The translations under genes were made by a program, and so were the position numbers. Shown here piece by piece: positions 40,098-51,282 of a stretch of DNA of 64,000 nucleotides (positions are counted from its first letter, which is position 1; each line of letters opens with the position of its first letter). The DNA comes from Candidatus Omnitrophota bacterium (GTDB lineage: Bacteria; Omnitrophota; Gorgyraeia; 2-01-FULL-45-10), in assembly GCA_028716065.1 (NCBI GenBank), contig JAQUQN010000002.1:6485-70484 (forward strand), in the 5' to 3' direction. The notes under the pieces are model-generated. The model searched no databases. It worked only from the letters and a program-made list of their open reading frames with translations, and was not told where the DNA came from.

Positions 40098-40562
40098 GTG
40101 CCTAAAAAAATACCCATAATAGAACAGCGCCATTTCATAAGGCACCCTTTGTGCATTCCGCTGGAATATAGAATTCTCGAGAAGACTTCCGACAAAGACT
40201 CACAGCCGCAACGTTCCATGACGATAAATATAAGCCAGGGCGGATTGATGTTTTCTGCGCGCAGGGCCGTGCCGCAGAACCGTATAATCAGCGTCAAGAT
40301 GCCTTTTCAGGATAAGGTATTCAACGTGAGGGCAAAGGTCGTCCATTGCAATAAAAATTCCGATACCAAACTATACAACATCGGTGTATCTTTCTACCGG
40401 TTCACCGACGCCTTCAAAGCGAAATTGATAGAGCAGCTCTATCTGATATCGGAATATCGGGATCTGCGCAGCATACAACTCGGCAGGGACGTCTCGCTGG
40501 AACAGGCCTCTGAGGAATGGATCAAAAGATATTCGGCACGCTTCAAGCGGTTGTATTGGTAA
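40098..40562 (+). CDS. PilZ domain protein
   Basis: GTG start. QRHFIRH and NISQGG motifs. Confidence 0.8.
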   Translation: MPKKIPIIEQRHFIRHPLCIPLEYRILEKTSDKDSQPQRSMTINISQGGLMFSARRAVPQNRIISVKMPFQDKVFNVRAKVVHCNKNSDTKLYNIGVSFYRFTDAFKAKLIEQLYLISEYRDLRSIQLGRDVSLEQASEEWIKRYSARFKRLYW

Positions 40563-40615
40563 AGCATGAAAGCGAGAAAGCCGTTCATAATAGCCCTTAT
40601 CGTAGCAACCGGAAT

Positions 40616-42142
40616 ATGACAAAAAAAACTGGTTTCGATAACGAAAAATATCTGAACGAGCAGACCTCGGCCATAGTAAACAGGGTAAAAAAGTTCGACA
40701 ACAAACTGTATCTAGAGTTCGGGGGCAAGCTCTGTTTCGACTATCACGCCGCGCGCGTCCTTCCTGGATATGACTCCAACGTCAAAATACGGCTCCTGCA
40801 GCTATTGAAAGACAAGATTGATATAGTACTCTCCATATATTCGGGCGATATAGAGAAGGGCAGGGTAAGGGGCGATTTCGGTATCACCTACGACGCCGCC
40901 ACTCTCAAACTGATAGACGACCTGCGAAAATGGGGTCTCGATATCCTCGCCGTAGTCATCACCCGTTTCGCTAATCAGTCCTCGGCCATCATCTTCAAAA
41001 ACAAACTGGAACGTAGGGGTGTCAAGGTATACCTCCATTACCCCATAGACGGGTATCCTACCAATATAGACCGCGTGGTCAGCGACGATGGTTTCGGAAA
41101 GAATGAGTACATCCAGACTAAAAAACCGATAGTGGTCGTTACGGGCCCCGGGCCGAACAGCGGCAAGCTGGCAACGTGCCTTTCCCAGCTCTATCAAGAA
41201 CATAAACGCGGAATAAACGCCGGGTACGCCAAATTCGAAACATTCCCTATCTGGAACATCCCGCTCAAACACCCTGTCAACGTCGCTTATGAAGCGGCTA
41301 CCGCCGATATAATGGACTTCAATCTCGTAGATCCTTTCCATCTAAACGTATATAATGAAACGGCGATAAACTATAATCGCGACGTGGAGAGCTTTCCCAT
41401 ACTCAAGCTGATCCTCAGCAAGATATTCACTAAAAACGCGAACCTGCCGATGTATAACTCTCCTACCGATATGGGGGTAAACAAGGCCGGCTTTGGAATC
41501 ATAGATGATAGCGTGGTCCAGGAGGCCGCGAAACAGGAACTGATAAGAAGGTATTTCAGATATAACACAGAATACGTACTCGGCATAGAGAGAAAAGAGA
41601 CGGTGGATAAGGTAGCTATCCTGATGGAAGAGATGGGCGTCAAGATAACCGACCGCCTCGTAGTGGAGATCGCCAGGAAGACCGCCGAAGAAGCGGAGTC
41701 GAAAGGCAAGGGGCATGCCGGTATACATTGCGGTGCGGCCGTTCAACTCGGGGACGGGCAGCTCATAACGGGTAAAAATTCAAACCTGATGCACGCCGCC
41801 TCGAGCGTCGTCTTGAACGCCATCAAGATGCTCGCGAACATACCGGATGAGATATTACTATTATCACCGCATATAATAAACCAGATCTCGAAATTAAAAG
41901 AGGGCATTCTGAAGGCCGACCCCGAAAGCCTGGACCTCGAAGAGACGCTTATAGCGCTCTCCATAAGCGCTACCACAAACCATACCGCCGAACTTGCCAT
42001 GCAGAAGCTGGTCGCATTAAGAGGATGTGAAATGCACATGACCCACATTCCTACCCCCGGTGACGAAGTCGGTTTAAAAAGGCTGGGCGTAAACCTCACC
42101 ACGGACGGCAAATTCTCATCCCGCAACCTATTCGTAGCCTGA
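40616..42142 (+). CDS. DUF1846 (UPF0371) family protein
   Basis: Start at ATG 40616 (MTKKTGFDNEKYLNEQ), about 508 aa. Family assignment is from memory and was not searched. Confidence 0.7.
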   Translation: MTKKTGFDNEKYLNEQTSAIVNRVKKFDNKLYLEFGGKLCFDYHAARVLPGYDSNVKIRLLQLLKDKIDIVLSIYSGDIEKGRVRGDFGITYDAATLKLIDDLRKWGLDILAVVITRFANQSSAIIFKNKLERRGVKVYLHYPIDGYPTNIDRVVSDDGFGKNEYIQTKKPIVVVTGPGPNSGKLATCLSQLYQEHKRGINAGYAKFETFPIWNIPLKHPVNVAYEAATADIMDFNLVDPFHLNVYNETAINYNRDVESFPILKLILSKIFTKNANLPMYNSPTDMGVNKAGFGIIDDSVVQEAAKQELIRRYFRYNTEYVLGIERKETVDKVAILMEEMGVKITDRLVVEIARKTAEEAESKGKGHAGIHCGAAVQLGDGQLITGKNSNLMHAASSVVLNAIKMLANIPDEILLLSPHIINQISKLKEGILKADPESLDLEETLIALSISATTNHTAELAMQKLVALRGCEMHMTHIPTPGDEVGLKRLGVNLTTDGKFSSRNLFVA

Positions 42143-42160
42143 AAAAGATCTCTACATGAA

Positions 42161-42234
42161 ACCCCCACCAGATTTGCTTCGCAAATCTAGCTGTGGGGGG
42201 TATCCGCCTAACGATTTTTATGCGAAGGCGGATA
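42161..42234 (-). repeat. Structured repeat element, copy C (short, inverted; between convergent genes)
   Basis: The reverse complement carries the TATCCGCC...GGCGGATA clamp and the same palindrome. It lacks the internal ~50 nt and the GTAA hairpin. Confidence 0.8.
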
Positions 42235-42265
42235 AAAAAGACCCCGCGATTTTCGCGCGGGGTCA
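42232..42265 (-). terminator. Intrinsic terminator for the minus-strand two-component/CBM operon
   Basis: GACCCCGCG-attttcg-CGCGGGGTC. On the minus strand it is followed by TTTTTTAT. Confidence 0.7.
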
Positions 42266-42288
42266 GAAAAAACAGGTTAACGTGTCTC

Positions 42289-42894
42289 TTACTTTATGAC
42301 CTTCACATTATCGATGTAGATAGGCCCGTCATATACGGGGTTCCTGTTGGACTCAACCCTGATGGCTATCTTCCTCACGTCCTTCCTGAAGTTGTCATCC
42401 ACCACTGTCCTTTTCCAGTCTTCGCTTCCGGGCATCAAATTGGCGGATATCGTGACCCATTCACCGGGCACCAGAGGAATGGAGCGTGCCATTTCCGTAA
42501 ACTTCCAGCTCTCGCCCACGGTCAGTATCAATTTTCCCTTCAGACCGGACGGCGAATCTTGCGGTATATATACGTCGCAAGAAACCTCTTTATAAGGCGA
42601 CCAATCAAAATATTCGAAATCTTCCACTATGGCAGCGGTCCAAACCTTGCCAGGGAAGTTCGCTGTCAATTTCAGGGACTTCGTGCCGTTTTTGGCGAAA
42701 TCGGCTGAGGATGCAACGGTCTTTCCTACATAATCCTGCTGTTCCAGTGCCCATTCAGGCACTTCCCAGCCCTGAGTGTCTTTTTCGAAATTGAAGAGAA
42801 CCTTCTCTTCGCCTTCTGCGCTGGCTAACGCGGAAAATAACCCTAGAAGGGCTACCGCCACGACCATCGCCATTATCTTCTTCATAGTGATCAC
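42289..42894 (-). CDS. Secreted protein with CBM / galactose-binding-like beta-sandwich
   Basis: Signal peptide (ALASAEGE). Ends ...PIYIDNVKVIK, typical of CBM-type modules. Assignment is tentative. Confidence 0.5.
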   Translation of the reverse strand: MITMKKIMAMVVAVALLGLFSALASAEGEEKVLFNFEKDTQGWEVPEWALEQQDYVGKTVASSADFAKNGTKSLKLTANFPGKVWTAAIVEDFEYFDWSPYKEVSCDVYIPQDSPSGLKGKLILTVGESWKFTEMARSIPLVPGEWVTISANLMPGSEDWKRTVVDDNFRKDVRKIAIRVESNRNPVYDGPIYIDNVKVIK

Positions 42895-42989
42895 TCCTTT
42901 CCTGTTTTTTCATACCTATTATACATCACAATCCATTAAAAAATAATTAAAATTATATTAAAAATTTCTAATATTCCACAGGTCTTTCG

Positions 42990-44480
42990 TCATGCAGAAC
43001 CGTTCTTAAAAGATGGGAGGGAGACCGTAAAAGTAGATCCTTTCGAAACCTCGCTCTTCACATCGATCCTTCCATTATGGGTTTCGGCTATGGACCTGGC
43101 TATGCTTAAGCCGAGGCCAAATCCCGCATCGTCTGCGCGCGACTTATCAACGCAATAGAACCTGTCGAAGATGTGGCCGATCTCTTCTCTTGAAATACCA
43201 ACGCCGGTATCGCTTATCTTGACCGTGACAAGATCGCCGTTTGCAACAGCGACGATCTCTATCCTGCCGCCTGGTTCCGTATATTTAACGGCATTATCAA
43301 TGATATTAAGGAAGAGGGTCTTTAACTGATTCTCGTCTCCGTACAAGAAAAGGGGCTTATCATCCTGGCCCAATGAAATCCGTATATTTTTCAATTCGGA
43401 TAGCGTCTTTACATTCTTCATGACGTCATTGAGTAATTGGCCAAGCTCTAACCGCTTCTTTTCGGGCATCATCTGACTCGAATCGAACTTCGCCAGAAAG
43501 AGGAGGTTTTCAGCCAATTTTATTATTTTATTCACTTCCTGAAGCGCGCTCTTCAATATCGATTCATATTCACCCTGAGAACGCATCTTCTTGAGCACGA
43601 CCTCAAATTCACCTTTCAGTATGGTCAGAGGAGTCTTGAGATCATGCGACAAGTTTTCAAAAAGCTGCCTCTGAGCATTAAAAGAGCTCTCGAGGCGTCC
43701 AAGCATGCTGTTGAATGTTTCGGCAAGCTTCTGTATTTCGTCCCTGGTGTCGGGGATGGAGAGTTTCAGCTTCATGTTCTCAGCTGTAATTTGGTGTATG
43801 GTATCTATCATGCTGTCAACGGGGTGGAGCGCCACCTTCGCCAGAAAAGCGCCCATAACTCCCGTGAGCAGAACGGTCGCGGGCAGTATCAATAAGAGGG
43901 CCGCCCTAAGGCTATTGAGGGCAACATGTATGGAGGTCAGTGGACTGGCGACCTGGACTATATAGGCGACCTTCTCCTTTTCAAATATAGGCGTGGTAAA
44001 TACCCTGTACGATTCCCTGTCGGATTGATTGATATCGCCCAACGTATCGAAGCGGGTCTTCCCCTGTAGCACCGTGATAAAATTCTTTCTCGAAATGGTC
44101 GGCATATCTTTGGCTTCGATTGAAGAGGCTATCGTGGCGCCGTCGGTATCGAATACCTGGACAAATATATCCATGAGCCTCGGATCGCTCGTCTCCTTCT
44201 TGACCCAGCGTTGGGCTATCTTCGCGAAATTCACGTTGCGTCTCTTCCGGACCTCATCGGGCTTTACGCCGCTGTCTATGACTTCCAGCTTCGATGCCTC
44301 CCAGTAAGTGTCTATGGCCTGCGCTATGCCTGCCGCCTTTGACTTGAGCAGGGTATCCATGTTGCCATAGAGGCTATTATCGACATTGTGGTAAAGAGCT
44401 ATGCTGATGGCGGCCAGCGTAACCGCCAGTATGGCCATGTACAATATCGTGATCTTGAATCTTATTGATTTTAAAAACAT
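42990..44480 (-). CDS. Sensor histidine kinase (2 TM, HAMP, HisKA, HATPase)
   Basis: H-box FENLSHDLKTPLT, N-box NIIDNAVKYT, G-box GFGLGLSIA. Confidence 0.9.
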   Translation of the reverse strand: MFLKSIRFKITILYMAILAVTLAAISIALYHNVDNSLYGNMDTLLKSKAAGIAQAIDTYWEASKLEVIDSGVKPDEVRKRRNVNFAKIAQRWVKKETSDPRLMDIFVQVFDTDGATIASSIEAKDMPTISRKNFITVLQGKTRFDTLGDINQSDRESYRVFTTPIFEKEKVAYIVQVASPLTSIHVALNSLRAALLLILPATVLLTGVMGAFLAKVALHPVDSMIDTIHQITAENMKLKLSIPDTRDEIQKLAETFNSMLGRLESSFNAQRQLFENLSHDLKTPLTILKGEFEVVLKKMRSQGEYESILKSALQEVNKIIKLAENLLFLAKFDSSQMMPEKKRLELGQLLNDVMKNVKTLSELKNIRISLGQDDKPLFLYGDENQLKTLFLNIIDNAVKYTEPGGRIEIVAVANGDLVTVKISDTGVGISREEIGHIFDRFYCVDKSRADDAGFGLGLSIARSIAETHNGRIDVKSEVSKGSTFTVSLPSFKNGSA

Positions 44481-44486
44481 TGGGGC

Positions 44487-45155
44487 TCACTCTTTCAATA
44501 TGTAGCCTCTGCCGCGTATCGTATGTATCAGCTTCTTGCTAAAACCGGAATCGACCTTTTTCCTCAGATAATTTATATAGACGTCTATGACATTCGTGAA
44601 GGTGTCGAAATCTATATCCCATACGTGCTCCGATATCATCGTCCTGCTTACGACCGTGCCGGCATTCCGCATCAGGTACTCCAGAAGACTGTACTCTTTG
44701 GCGGTCAGTGATATCTCCTTGCCTGATCGCGCCACTTTATGAGTCAGAAGATCCAGCTCAAGATCCCCCACCTGCAGTTTCGTAACGGTGCCGGACTCCT
44801 TTTTCCTGAGTATGACCCTGATCCTGGCGAGCAGTTCCTCGAAAGCAAACGGCTTTGTCAGATAATCGTCGGCTCCAGTATCAAGGCCCACAACCTTGTC
44901 CTTGACCGTATCCTTTGCCGTAAGCATGATAATGGGGGAGGAGACACCTTCCTTCTTCAACTGCCCGCAGAGGCTGAGGCCGTCTATCTTGGGAAGCATG
45001 AGGTCCAGGAGTATGAGGTCGTAGTTGTTGGTCTTGGCCAGAAAATGGCCCTGTTCACCGTCATGGGCCAAATCCACGGCGTAGCCTTCTTCCTTAAGGC
45101 CCCTTTTAATAAAATCCGCTATTTTTCTCTCATCTTCAATGATAAGGATCCGCAT
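44487..45155 (-). CDS. OmpR-family response regulator
   Basis: REC domain (DLILLDLMLP, acceptor Asp) plus a winged-helix C-terminus (TIRGRGY). Confidence 0.95.
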   Translation of the reverse strand: MRILIIEDERKIADFIKRGLKEEGYAVDLAHDGEQGHFLAKTNNYDLILLDLMLPKIDGLSLCGQLKKEGVSSPIIMLTAKDTVKDKVVGLDTGADDYLTKPFAFEELLARIRVILRKKESGTVTKLQVGDLELDLLTHKVARSGKEISLTAKEYSLLEYLMRNAGTVVSRTMISEHVWDIDFDTFTNVIDVYINYLRKKVDSGFSKKLIHTIRGRGYILKE

Positions 45156-45239
45156 CTTTATCTCCCTATAGGAACCGTATTATTATACGCTTTTTTATGG
45201 AAAAATAGAATTAAAATATTAATGCTTATCTCAAAATAT

Positions 45240-45268
45240 CTTGACATATAAGATGTGATGTGTTAGAG
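45240..45268 (+). promoter_or_regulatory. Sigma70-type promoter (TTGACA-N17-TAGAGT) for carA*-carB-purF-guaA-purLQ
   Basis: Exact -35. Followed by a ~190-nt leader with a terminator. Confidence 0.55.
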
Positions 45269-45378
45269 TATTGCTCTGATAACAACCAAGAAATATATCT
45301 TATGGAAAATATGAATGTCTCTCGAAAAGGAGTTATCAAGATACAAGGTAAATAACAAGTTCGTGCAACCGAAGGTTG

Positions 45379-45418
45379 TGGCCAGGGGAGGTTTCGTCTC
45401 TCGTGGCCATTTTTTATT
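45379..45418 (+). terminator. carA*-carB-pur operon leader terminator
   Basis: TGGCCA-g-GGGAGG / TCTCTC-g-TGGCCA (12 pairs, two G.U, one G-G mismatch), loop TTTCG, then TTTTTTATT. Lies 49 nt upstream of the ATG. Confidence 0.7.
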
Positions 45419-45466
45419 GGCGGGTTATCGGAATTCCGCCGTTTAAGATCAATTGCGGAGAATGAG

Positions 45467-46606
45467 ATGAAAGCAACGTTAGTTCTGGAAAATGGCAGGT
45501 CCTTTGAGGGTGTTTCAATAGGCGCGCCGGCCGAGAGGATAGGCGAGGTCATTTTAAATACGGCGGTAGTGGGCTATCAGGAGATGATGACCGACCCGGC
45601 AAATGCCGGTAAGTTATTGGCCCTGACTTATCCTTTGATAGGTAATTACGGGGTGGCGAACAAATTTTACGAGTCTAGAAAATGCTGGGTTAACGGATTG
45701 ATCATGAAAGAATGCAGCAGGATATATTCGAACTGGCAGGCAGAGGGTTCCTTCCAGGACTTTCTGAATCATGAAGGGGTCGTCGCCTTGAGCGAAGTCG
45801 ACACGAGAACTCTGGCCGTTGAATTACGTAATCACGGAGAGATGATGGGTATCATAACGAGCGAGCCGCTCGATGGGCAGAAGGCGATAAAAAAACTGCG
45901 AGAGCATAAAAAGAAGGGCAAAAATAATTTTATAAGCAATATCTCCGTGAAGGCCATAACCGAAGTAGAGACCGGCTCCAGGGGGCCAAGGGTCGCGGTG
46001 CTTGACCTTGGCATGCTGAAGAGCTTCACCGCCCAATTGAAGAGCCTTAAATGCGGCGTGGCCCTGTTGCCCTACAACATAACGCCCAAAGAGATCCTGG
46101 CCATAAAACCGGACGGCCTCGTAATATCCAGCGGGCCGGAGGACGATGCTGCCATACCCGAGATCATCAAGACCGTGAACGGCGTGCTTGGAAAAATTCC
46201 TATATTGGGCATATCTTTAGGACATGAGCTCATCGCGCTTGCGTTGGGCGGCAAAGTGAAAAAGATGAAGCTGGGGCACCGAGGAGTAAACTATCCGGTA
46301 AAGCCGGCGGATTCGTTTAAGGGCGAGATAACGACGCAAAATCATAGCTACATCGTTGACGAGGACTCAATAAGAAGAAAGAAGGCCGTAGAAATAACCC
46401 TGAGAAATATAAACGACGGCTCCATAGAGGAGATGGAAAGCAAGAGCTTGAAGTTCATCTCGACACAATACTATCCGGTCAGCCCCGGTTTCGGGGAGGT
46501 CAACAATGTCTTCTTGCGATTTTTGAAATTGCTAAACCCTTCCGGGAGAGCGGGGATAAAAACGAAGAAAAATAAACAACTTGAGGTGAGCTATGCCAAA
46601 ACGTAA
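45467..46606 (+). CDS. carA: CarA-like subunit with the glutaminase catalytic triad lost (pseudo-glutaminase)
   Basis: Full-length CarA fold, but GICLGHQ is GISLGHE (Ser250, codon TCT 46214-46216) and QFHPE is QYYPV (Tyr336, Val338). 14-nt overlap with full-length carB. Confidence 0.85.
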   Translation: MKATLVLENGRSFEGVSIGAPAERIGEVILNTAVVGYQEMMTDPANAGKLLALTYPLIGNYGVANKFYESRKCWVNGLIMKECSRIYSNWQAEGSFQDFLNHEGVVALSEVDTRTLAVELRNHGEMMGIITSEPLDGQKAIKKLREHKKKGKNNFISNISVKAITEVETGSRGPRVAVLDLGMLKSFTAQLKSLKCGVALLPYNITPKEILAIKPDGLVISSGPEDDAAIPEIIKTVNGVLGKIPILGISLGHELIALALGGKVKKMKLGHRGVNYPVKPADSFKGEITTQNHSYIVDEDSIRRKKAVEITLRNINDGSIEEMESKSLKFISTQYYPVSPGFGEVNNVFLRFLKLLNPSGRAGIKTKKNKQLEVSYAKT

Positions 46607-49600
46607 GGATATACATAAAATACTGATGATAGGCTCCGGCCCAATAGTCATCGGCCAGGCATGCGAATTTGACTATTCCGGCTCCCAGGCATGCAAGGCG
46701 TTAAAAGAAGAGGGGTATCGCACCATACTCGTGAATTCGAACCCCGCCACCATCATGACCGATCCCAACATGGCCGACGTCACATATATAGAGCCCCTCA
46801 CGGTGGAGGCGGTTACCGAGATAATAAAAAAGGAAAGGCCTGACGCCATCCTTCCCACTCTTGGCGGCCAGACCGGACTGAACCTGGCATTCTTCCTGAT
46901 GAAGGAAGGGATATTGAAAAAATACGGAGTCGAATCGATAGGCGCAAATGTCGATGCCATCTCGCGGGCCGAAGACAGGGAGCTGTTCAAAAAGGCCATG
47001 CTCGAGATAGGCATAGATGTCCCAAAAAGCGGTATCGCCACCACTATAGAAGAGGGCATAAAGATAGGGCTCGGTATAGGGTTTCCGCTCATCTTAAGGC
47101 CGGCCTACACGCTCGGGGGCACGGGCGGATCCATAGCGTATAATAAAGAAGAGCTGGAGCTCTTCCTGGCCAAGGGCATAGAATTGAGCCCCGTGGGCCA
47201 GATCCTGGTGGAACAATCTGTCCTGGGCTGGAAAGAGATAGAATTTGAAGTTATGCGGGATTGCGTCGATAACGTCATCATGATAACATCGATGGAGAAT
47301 GTCGACCCCATGGGCGTCCATACAGGCGACAGCATCGTCGTCGCTCCATCGCAGACCCTGACCAAAGAGGAATATGCTCAGTTCGTAAACCTGTCCAAGA
47401 AGATAATAAGGAAGATAGGCATAACCGGAGGGGGCGCCAATATCCAGTTTGCGCAAAACCCCGCCAATGGCCATATAGTTATAATCGAGGTGAACCCGCG
47501 CCTCTCCAGAAGCTCTGCCCTGGCATCGAAGGCCACGGGATTTCCTATCGCGCGCGTCGCCACCAAGCTGGCTGTTGGGCTGACGCTTCCGGAGGTCCTC
47601 AATCAGATAACGGGCGGGACGAAGGCCTTTTTCGAACCGACGGTTGATTATTGCGTCTTCAAGATATGCAGGTTCACGTTTGAGAAATTTCCGCAGACTA
47701 ACAGGACGCTGAATACCTCCATGAAGGCGGTGGGAGAGGCGATGTCCATAGGGAGAAACTTCAAAGAGGCCCTCCAGAAAGGCATAAGGTCGACCGAGAT
47801 CCGAAGGTTCGGGCTGGGTTGTGACGGCCGGGACAAGATAACGGATGAAAACATCGAATCTCCCGGAGCGGATACCATACAGACCATAAAAGAGAAGATA
47901 CGCCTTCCCAACGACGACAGGCTATTCTATATAAGATACGCCCTTAAGCTGGGAATGACGGCCGAGGAGATATATGAATTGTCCAGGATCGACATGTGGT
48001 TTATCGACAACTTAAAGCAGATCGTGGAATTAGAAGAAGGCCTCAAGAACTACCGCAAGACCAGCCAGAAGGGTTCTATAAAGATCCCTCCCGCGGTACT
48101 TCTGGAGGCGAAGAAATACGGATTTTCAGATGTACAGATCGCGTTCCTTACAAAATCCAGCGAAAAAGAGGTGAGAGAATTGAGAAAGAGGCATGATATA
48201 AAACCTACTTATAAATTGGTAGATACATGCGCGGGGGAGATCAAGGCCAAACAGCCCTATTATTACTCTACCTATGAGACCGAAGACGAAAGCCGCCCGA
48301 CGAAGAACAAGAAGGTCCTGATCCTGGGTGGAGGCCCCAACAGGATCGGCCAAGGCATAGAGTTCGATTACTGCTGCTGCCACGCATCATACGCCCTGAA
48401 AGAAGAGGGGATAGAGAGCATCATGGTCAATTGTAACCCTGAAACAGTCTCCACGGATTATGATACATCCGATAAGTTATATTTTGAGCCGCTTACCGTG
48501 GAAGATGTGATGAATATAGTGGACAACGAAAAACCGATAGGGGCAATAGTACAGTTCGGAGGCCAGACGCCCCTGAATATTTCGGGCGAATTACACAAGA
48601 TGGGCCTCAATATATTAGGCACCAGCCCGGACTCAATCGATATCGCTGAGGACAGGAAACGCTTCCAGCAGATGCTGAAGAAACTTAAACTGGTCCAACC
48701 CGATAACGGAACGGCGACCTCTTTCGAGGAGGCAAAGAAGATCGCGCATACGATAGGGTATCCCGTGGTAGTAAGGCCTTCTTACGTGCTGGGTGGCAGG
48801 GCGATGGAGATAGTTTATGATGAAAAGGCCCTGTGCGATTATATGGAAAGGGCCACGGAGGCTTCGCCCGAAAAACCCATATTGATCGATAAATTCCTCG
48901 AAGACGCCATAGAGGTTGATGTCGACGCCATAGCCGACGGTAAAAGATGCGTGATAGGAGGATTCCTTGAGCATATAGAGGAGGCGGGGATCCATTCGGG
49001 CGACAGCGCGATGGTGCTCCCTCCGCATACCCTGGGCAAGGATATCATAGACACCATAAAGAAAAATACCTATGCGATGGCAAAGGAGCTGAAGGTCAAG
49101 GGCCTCATGAACGTGCAATACGCCGTAAAAAACAACATAGTCTATGTGCTGGAAGTAAACCCGAGGGCCAGCAGGACCGTTCCGTTCGTCTCTAAGGCGA
49201 TAGGCATACCCCTGGCAAAACTCGCCACGAAGATAATGCTGGGCAAGACATTGGATGAACTCGGTTTTACAAAAGAGAAAAATATAAATTTTGTCGTGGT
49301 CAAAGAATCTGTATTCCCCTTCATAAGGTTCCCTGGCGCGGACGCCATATTGGGCCCTGAAATGAAATCTACCGGTGAGGTAATGGGCATGGACTCTACA
49401 TTCGGCATGGCTTACGCTAAAAGCCAGTTAGCGGCCGGCCAGAAACTGCCTAAAAAAGGCAATGTCTTTATAAGCGTAAAAAACCAGGACAAGAGAAACA
49501 TGGTATTCGTGGCAAAGAAGCTTTCCGATCTTGGCTTTAAGATCCTGGCCACTATAGGGACCGCTGAGGCTCTGAGGAGCAATGACATAGAGGTCCGGGT

Positions 49601-49862
49601 ATTGCCAAAGCTTCATGAAGGCCGGCCCAATATCATAGATTTTATAAAGGATAATAAAGTCCATCTAATCATAAATACCCCTGCGGGAAAGGCCACGAAA
49701 GAGGACGAGTCTAAAATAAGGGCCCATGCGATCCTTTATAATGTTCCGCTCATAACCACGGTTTCGGGCGCGCAGGCATCCGTAAACGGAATAGAAAATC
49801 TGATTAAAAAACCTGAGATGTCCGTAAGGTCTCTGCAGGATTACCACAAGAAGATAAAATAG
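46593..49862 (+). CDS. carB: Carbamoyl-phosphate synthase large subunit (full length)
   Basis: 1089 aa with both ATP-grasp halves and a C-terminal MGS-like allosteric domain. Confidence 0.95.
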   Translation: MPKRKDIHKILMIGSGPIVIGQACEFDYSGSQACKALKEEGYRTILVNSNPATIMTDPNMADVTYIEPLTVEAVTEIIKKERPDAILPTLGGQTGLNLAFFLMKEGILKKYGVESIGANVDAISRAEDRELFKKAMLEIGIDVPKSGIATTIEEGIKIGLGIGFPLILRPAYTLGGTGGSIAYNKEELELFLAKGIELSPVGQILVEQSVLGWKEIEFEVMRDCVDNVIMITSMENVDPMGVHTGDSIVVAPSQTLTKEEYAQFVNLSKKIIRKIGITGGGANIQFAQNPANGHIVIIEVNPRLSRSSALASKATGFPIARVATKLAVGLTLPEVLNQITGGTKAFFEPTVDYCVFKICRFTFEKFPQTNRTLNTSMKAVGEAMSIGRNFKEALQKGIRSTEIRRFGLGCDGRDKITDENIESPGADTIQTIKEKIRLPNDDRLFYIRYALKLGMTAEEIYELSRIDMWFIDNLKQIVELEEGLKNYRKTSQKGSIKIPPAVLLEAKKYGFSDVQIAFLTKSSEKEVRELRKRHDIKPTYKLVDTCAGEIKAKQPYYYSTYETEDESRPTKNKKVLILGGGPNRIGQGIEFDYCCCHASYALKEEGIESIMVNCNPETVSTDYDTSDKLYFEPLTVEDVMNIVDNEKPIGAIVQFGGQTPLNISGELHKMGLNILGTSPDSIDIAEDRKRFQQMLKKLKLVQPDNGTATSFEEAKKIAHTIGYPVVVRPSYVLGGRAMEIVYDEKALCDYMERATEASPEKPILIDKFLEDAIEVDVDAIADGKRCVIGGFLEHIEEAGIHSGDSAMVLPPHTLGKDIIDTIKKNTYAMAKELKVKGLMNVQYAVKNNIVYVLEVNPRASRTVPFVSKAIGIPLAKLATKIMLGKTLDELGFTKEKNINFVVVKESVFPFIRFPGADAILGPEMKSTGEVMGMDSTFGMAYAKSQLAAGQKLPKKGNVFISVKNQDKRNMVFVAKKLSDLGFKILATIGTAEALRSNDIEVRVLPKLHEGRPNIIDFIKDNKVHLIINTPAGKATKEDESKIRAHAILYNVPLITTVSGAQASVNGIENLIKKPEMSVRSLQDYHKKIK

Positions 49863-49880
49863 CTACGTCGGAAGGTATTT

Positions 49881-51281
49881 ATGAAAGAGTATTGCGGAGT
49901 TGTCGGTATCTTCGGCCATAAAGACGCTGCGCGGCTGGCATACCTGGCGCTCTATGCCTTGCAGCACAGGGGAGAAGAATCCGCTGGGATAGTCAGCTTC
50001 GACAGAAAAAAAGTCTATACCCATAAAGGCATGGGCCTCGTAGGCAATGTATTCAGTGAGGAAGGATTAAAAAAATTAAAGGGGCCCATGGCAATAGGCC
50101 ATGTAAGATATTCTACGACGGGCTCGAGCACCACCAAGAATATCCAGCCATTATTGATAAATCATAAAAAAGGGTTCATTGCGGTAGCCCACAACGGAAA
50201 TCTCACGAATTCCGTTGAGCTGCAAAATGAACTCGAAGATTCCGGATCGATACTTCAGACCTCGATGGACTCCGAACTGATAATCCATCTTCTGGTCAGG
50301 GACCAGAAAAATAATTATAGGGAGAAGATGATACCCATCCTGTCGAGGCTTGAAGGGGCCTACGCATTCGTCTTCATGATTAATGACACCATCTATGCCG
50401 TAAGGGATCCATACGGTTTCAGGCCCCTTTCCATAGCGAAAGCGGAAGACGCCTACGTCGTTGCCAGCGAGACCTGCGCCTTCGACATGATACGCGCCAA
50501 ATACGTGCGTGATGTGGAGCCCGGGGAAGTCGTAATGATAAACAAGGACGGCCTGACATCGCTCGGCCACATACCCGGAAAGAGACACGCCTTCTGTATA
50601 TTTGAATATATATACTTCGCGCGCCCCGACAGCAATATCTTTACGAAAAGCGTCTATCTGACGAGGAAGAACCTGGGCAGGGCCCTTGCCAGAGAGCACC
50701 CCGTCGGAGCCGATATAGTGATGCCGATACCCGACTCGGGCACATACGCCGCCCTCGGTTATGCCGAGGAATCCAAGATACCTCTTGAGATGGCTTTCGT
50801 AAGAAACCATTACATAGGAAGGACATTCATACAGCCCAGCCAATTCATAAGAGATTTCAAGGTGCGTGTAAAGCTGAATCCCGTCAGGGATGCCTTGAAA
50901 GATAAACGAATCGTCATAATCGAGGATTCTATAGTCAGGGGCACTACCTCGAGGAGCAGGGTAAGGGCGCTCAAGGAGGCAGGGGCACGCGAGATACACA
51001 TGAGGGTCAGTTGTCCGCCGTTAATATCGCCATGTTTTTACGGGATAGACTTCCCGACCAAAAAAGAGCTCATAGCCTCCAGCCATAAGATCGAAGAGAT
51101 AAGGCAGTTCATAGGGCTGGACAGCCTTGAATATTTAAGTATTGAAGGCATGCTGAATTCCATGCTTCTTCCGAAAGAGGAATTCTGCACCGCCTGTTTT
51201 TCAGGAGATTATCCGACCAGGATATGCAAGCCACCGTCAAAAAAGGCGCTCGAAAAGAGCCGCTGCATGGGGATAAAATAA
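49881..51281 (+). CDS. purF: Amidophosphoribosyltransferase
   Basis: N-terminal [11 protein letters not shown] (Ntn Cys) and PRTase motif [12 protein letters not shown]. Confidence 0.95.
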   Translation: MKEYCGVVGIFGHKDAARLAYLALYALQHRGEESAGIVSFDRKKVYTHKGMGLVGNVFSEEGLKKLKGPMAIGHVRYSTTGSSTTKNIQPLLINHKKGFIAVAHNGNLTNSVELQNELEDSGSILQTSMDSELIIHLLVRDQKNNYREKMIPILSRLEGAYAFVFMINDTIYAVRDPYGFRPLSIAKAEDAYVVASETCAFDMIRAKYVRDVEPGEVVMINKDGLTSLGHIPGKRHAFCIFEYIYFARPDSNIFTKSVYLTRKNLGRALAREHPVGADIVMPIPDSGTYAALGYAEESKIPLEMAFVRNHYIGRTFIQPSQFIRDFKVRVKLNPVRDALKDKRIVIIEDSIVRGTTSRSRVRALKEAGAREIHMRVSCPPLISPCFYGIDFPTKKELIASSHKIEEIRQFIGLDSLEYLSIEGMLNSMLLPKEEFCTACFSGDYPTRICKPPSKKALEKSRCMGIK

Positions 51282-51282
51282 G

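Noticed and set aside
45302-45355. 17-codon leader peptide (MENMNVSRKGVIKIQGK) in the carA* operon leader.
   Set aside because: There is no Shine-Dalgarno and no run of regulatory codons (Arg, pyrimidine- or purine-related). Its stop lies 24 nt before the terminator, with no obvious ribosome-position coupling.
45381-45392. PyrR binding loop (CCAGGGGAGG resembles UCCAGAGAGGCU).
   Set aside because: It is one nucleotide longer than the consensus core. It sits in the terminator arm rather than in an anti-antiterminator. No pyrR gene is seen. The resemblance is too weak to call.
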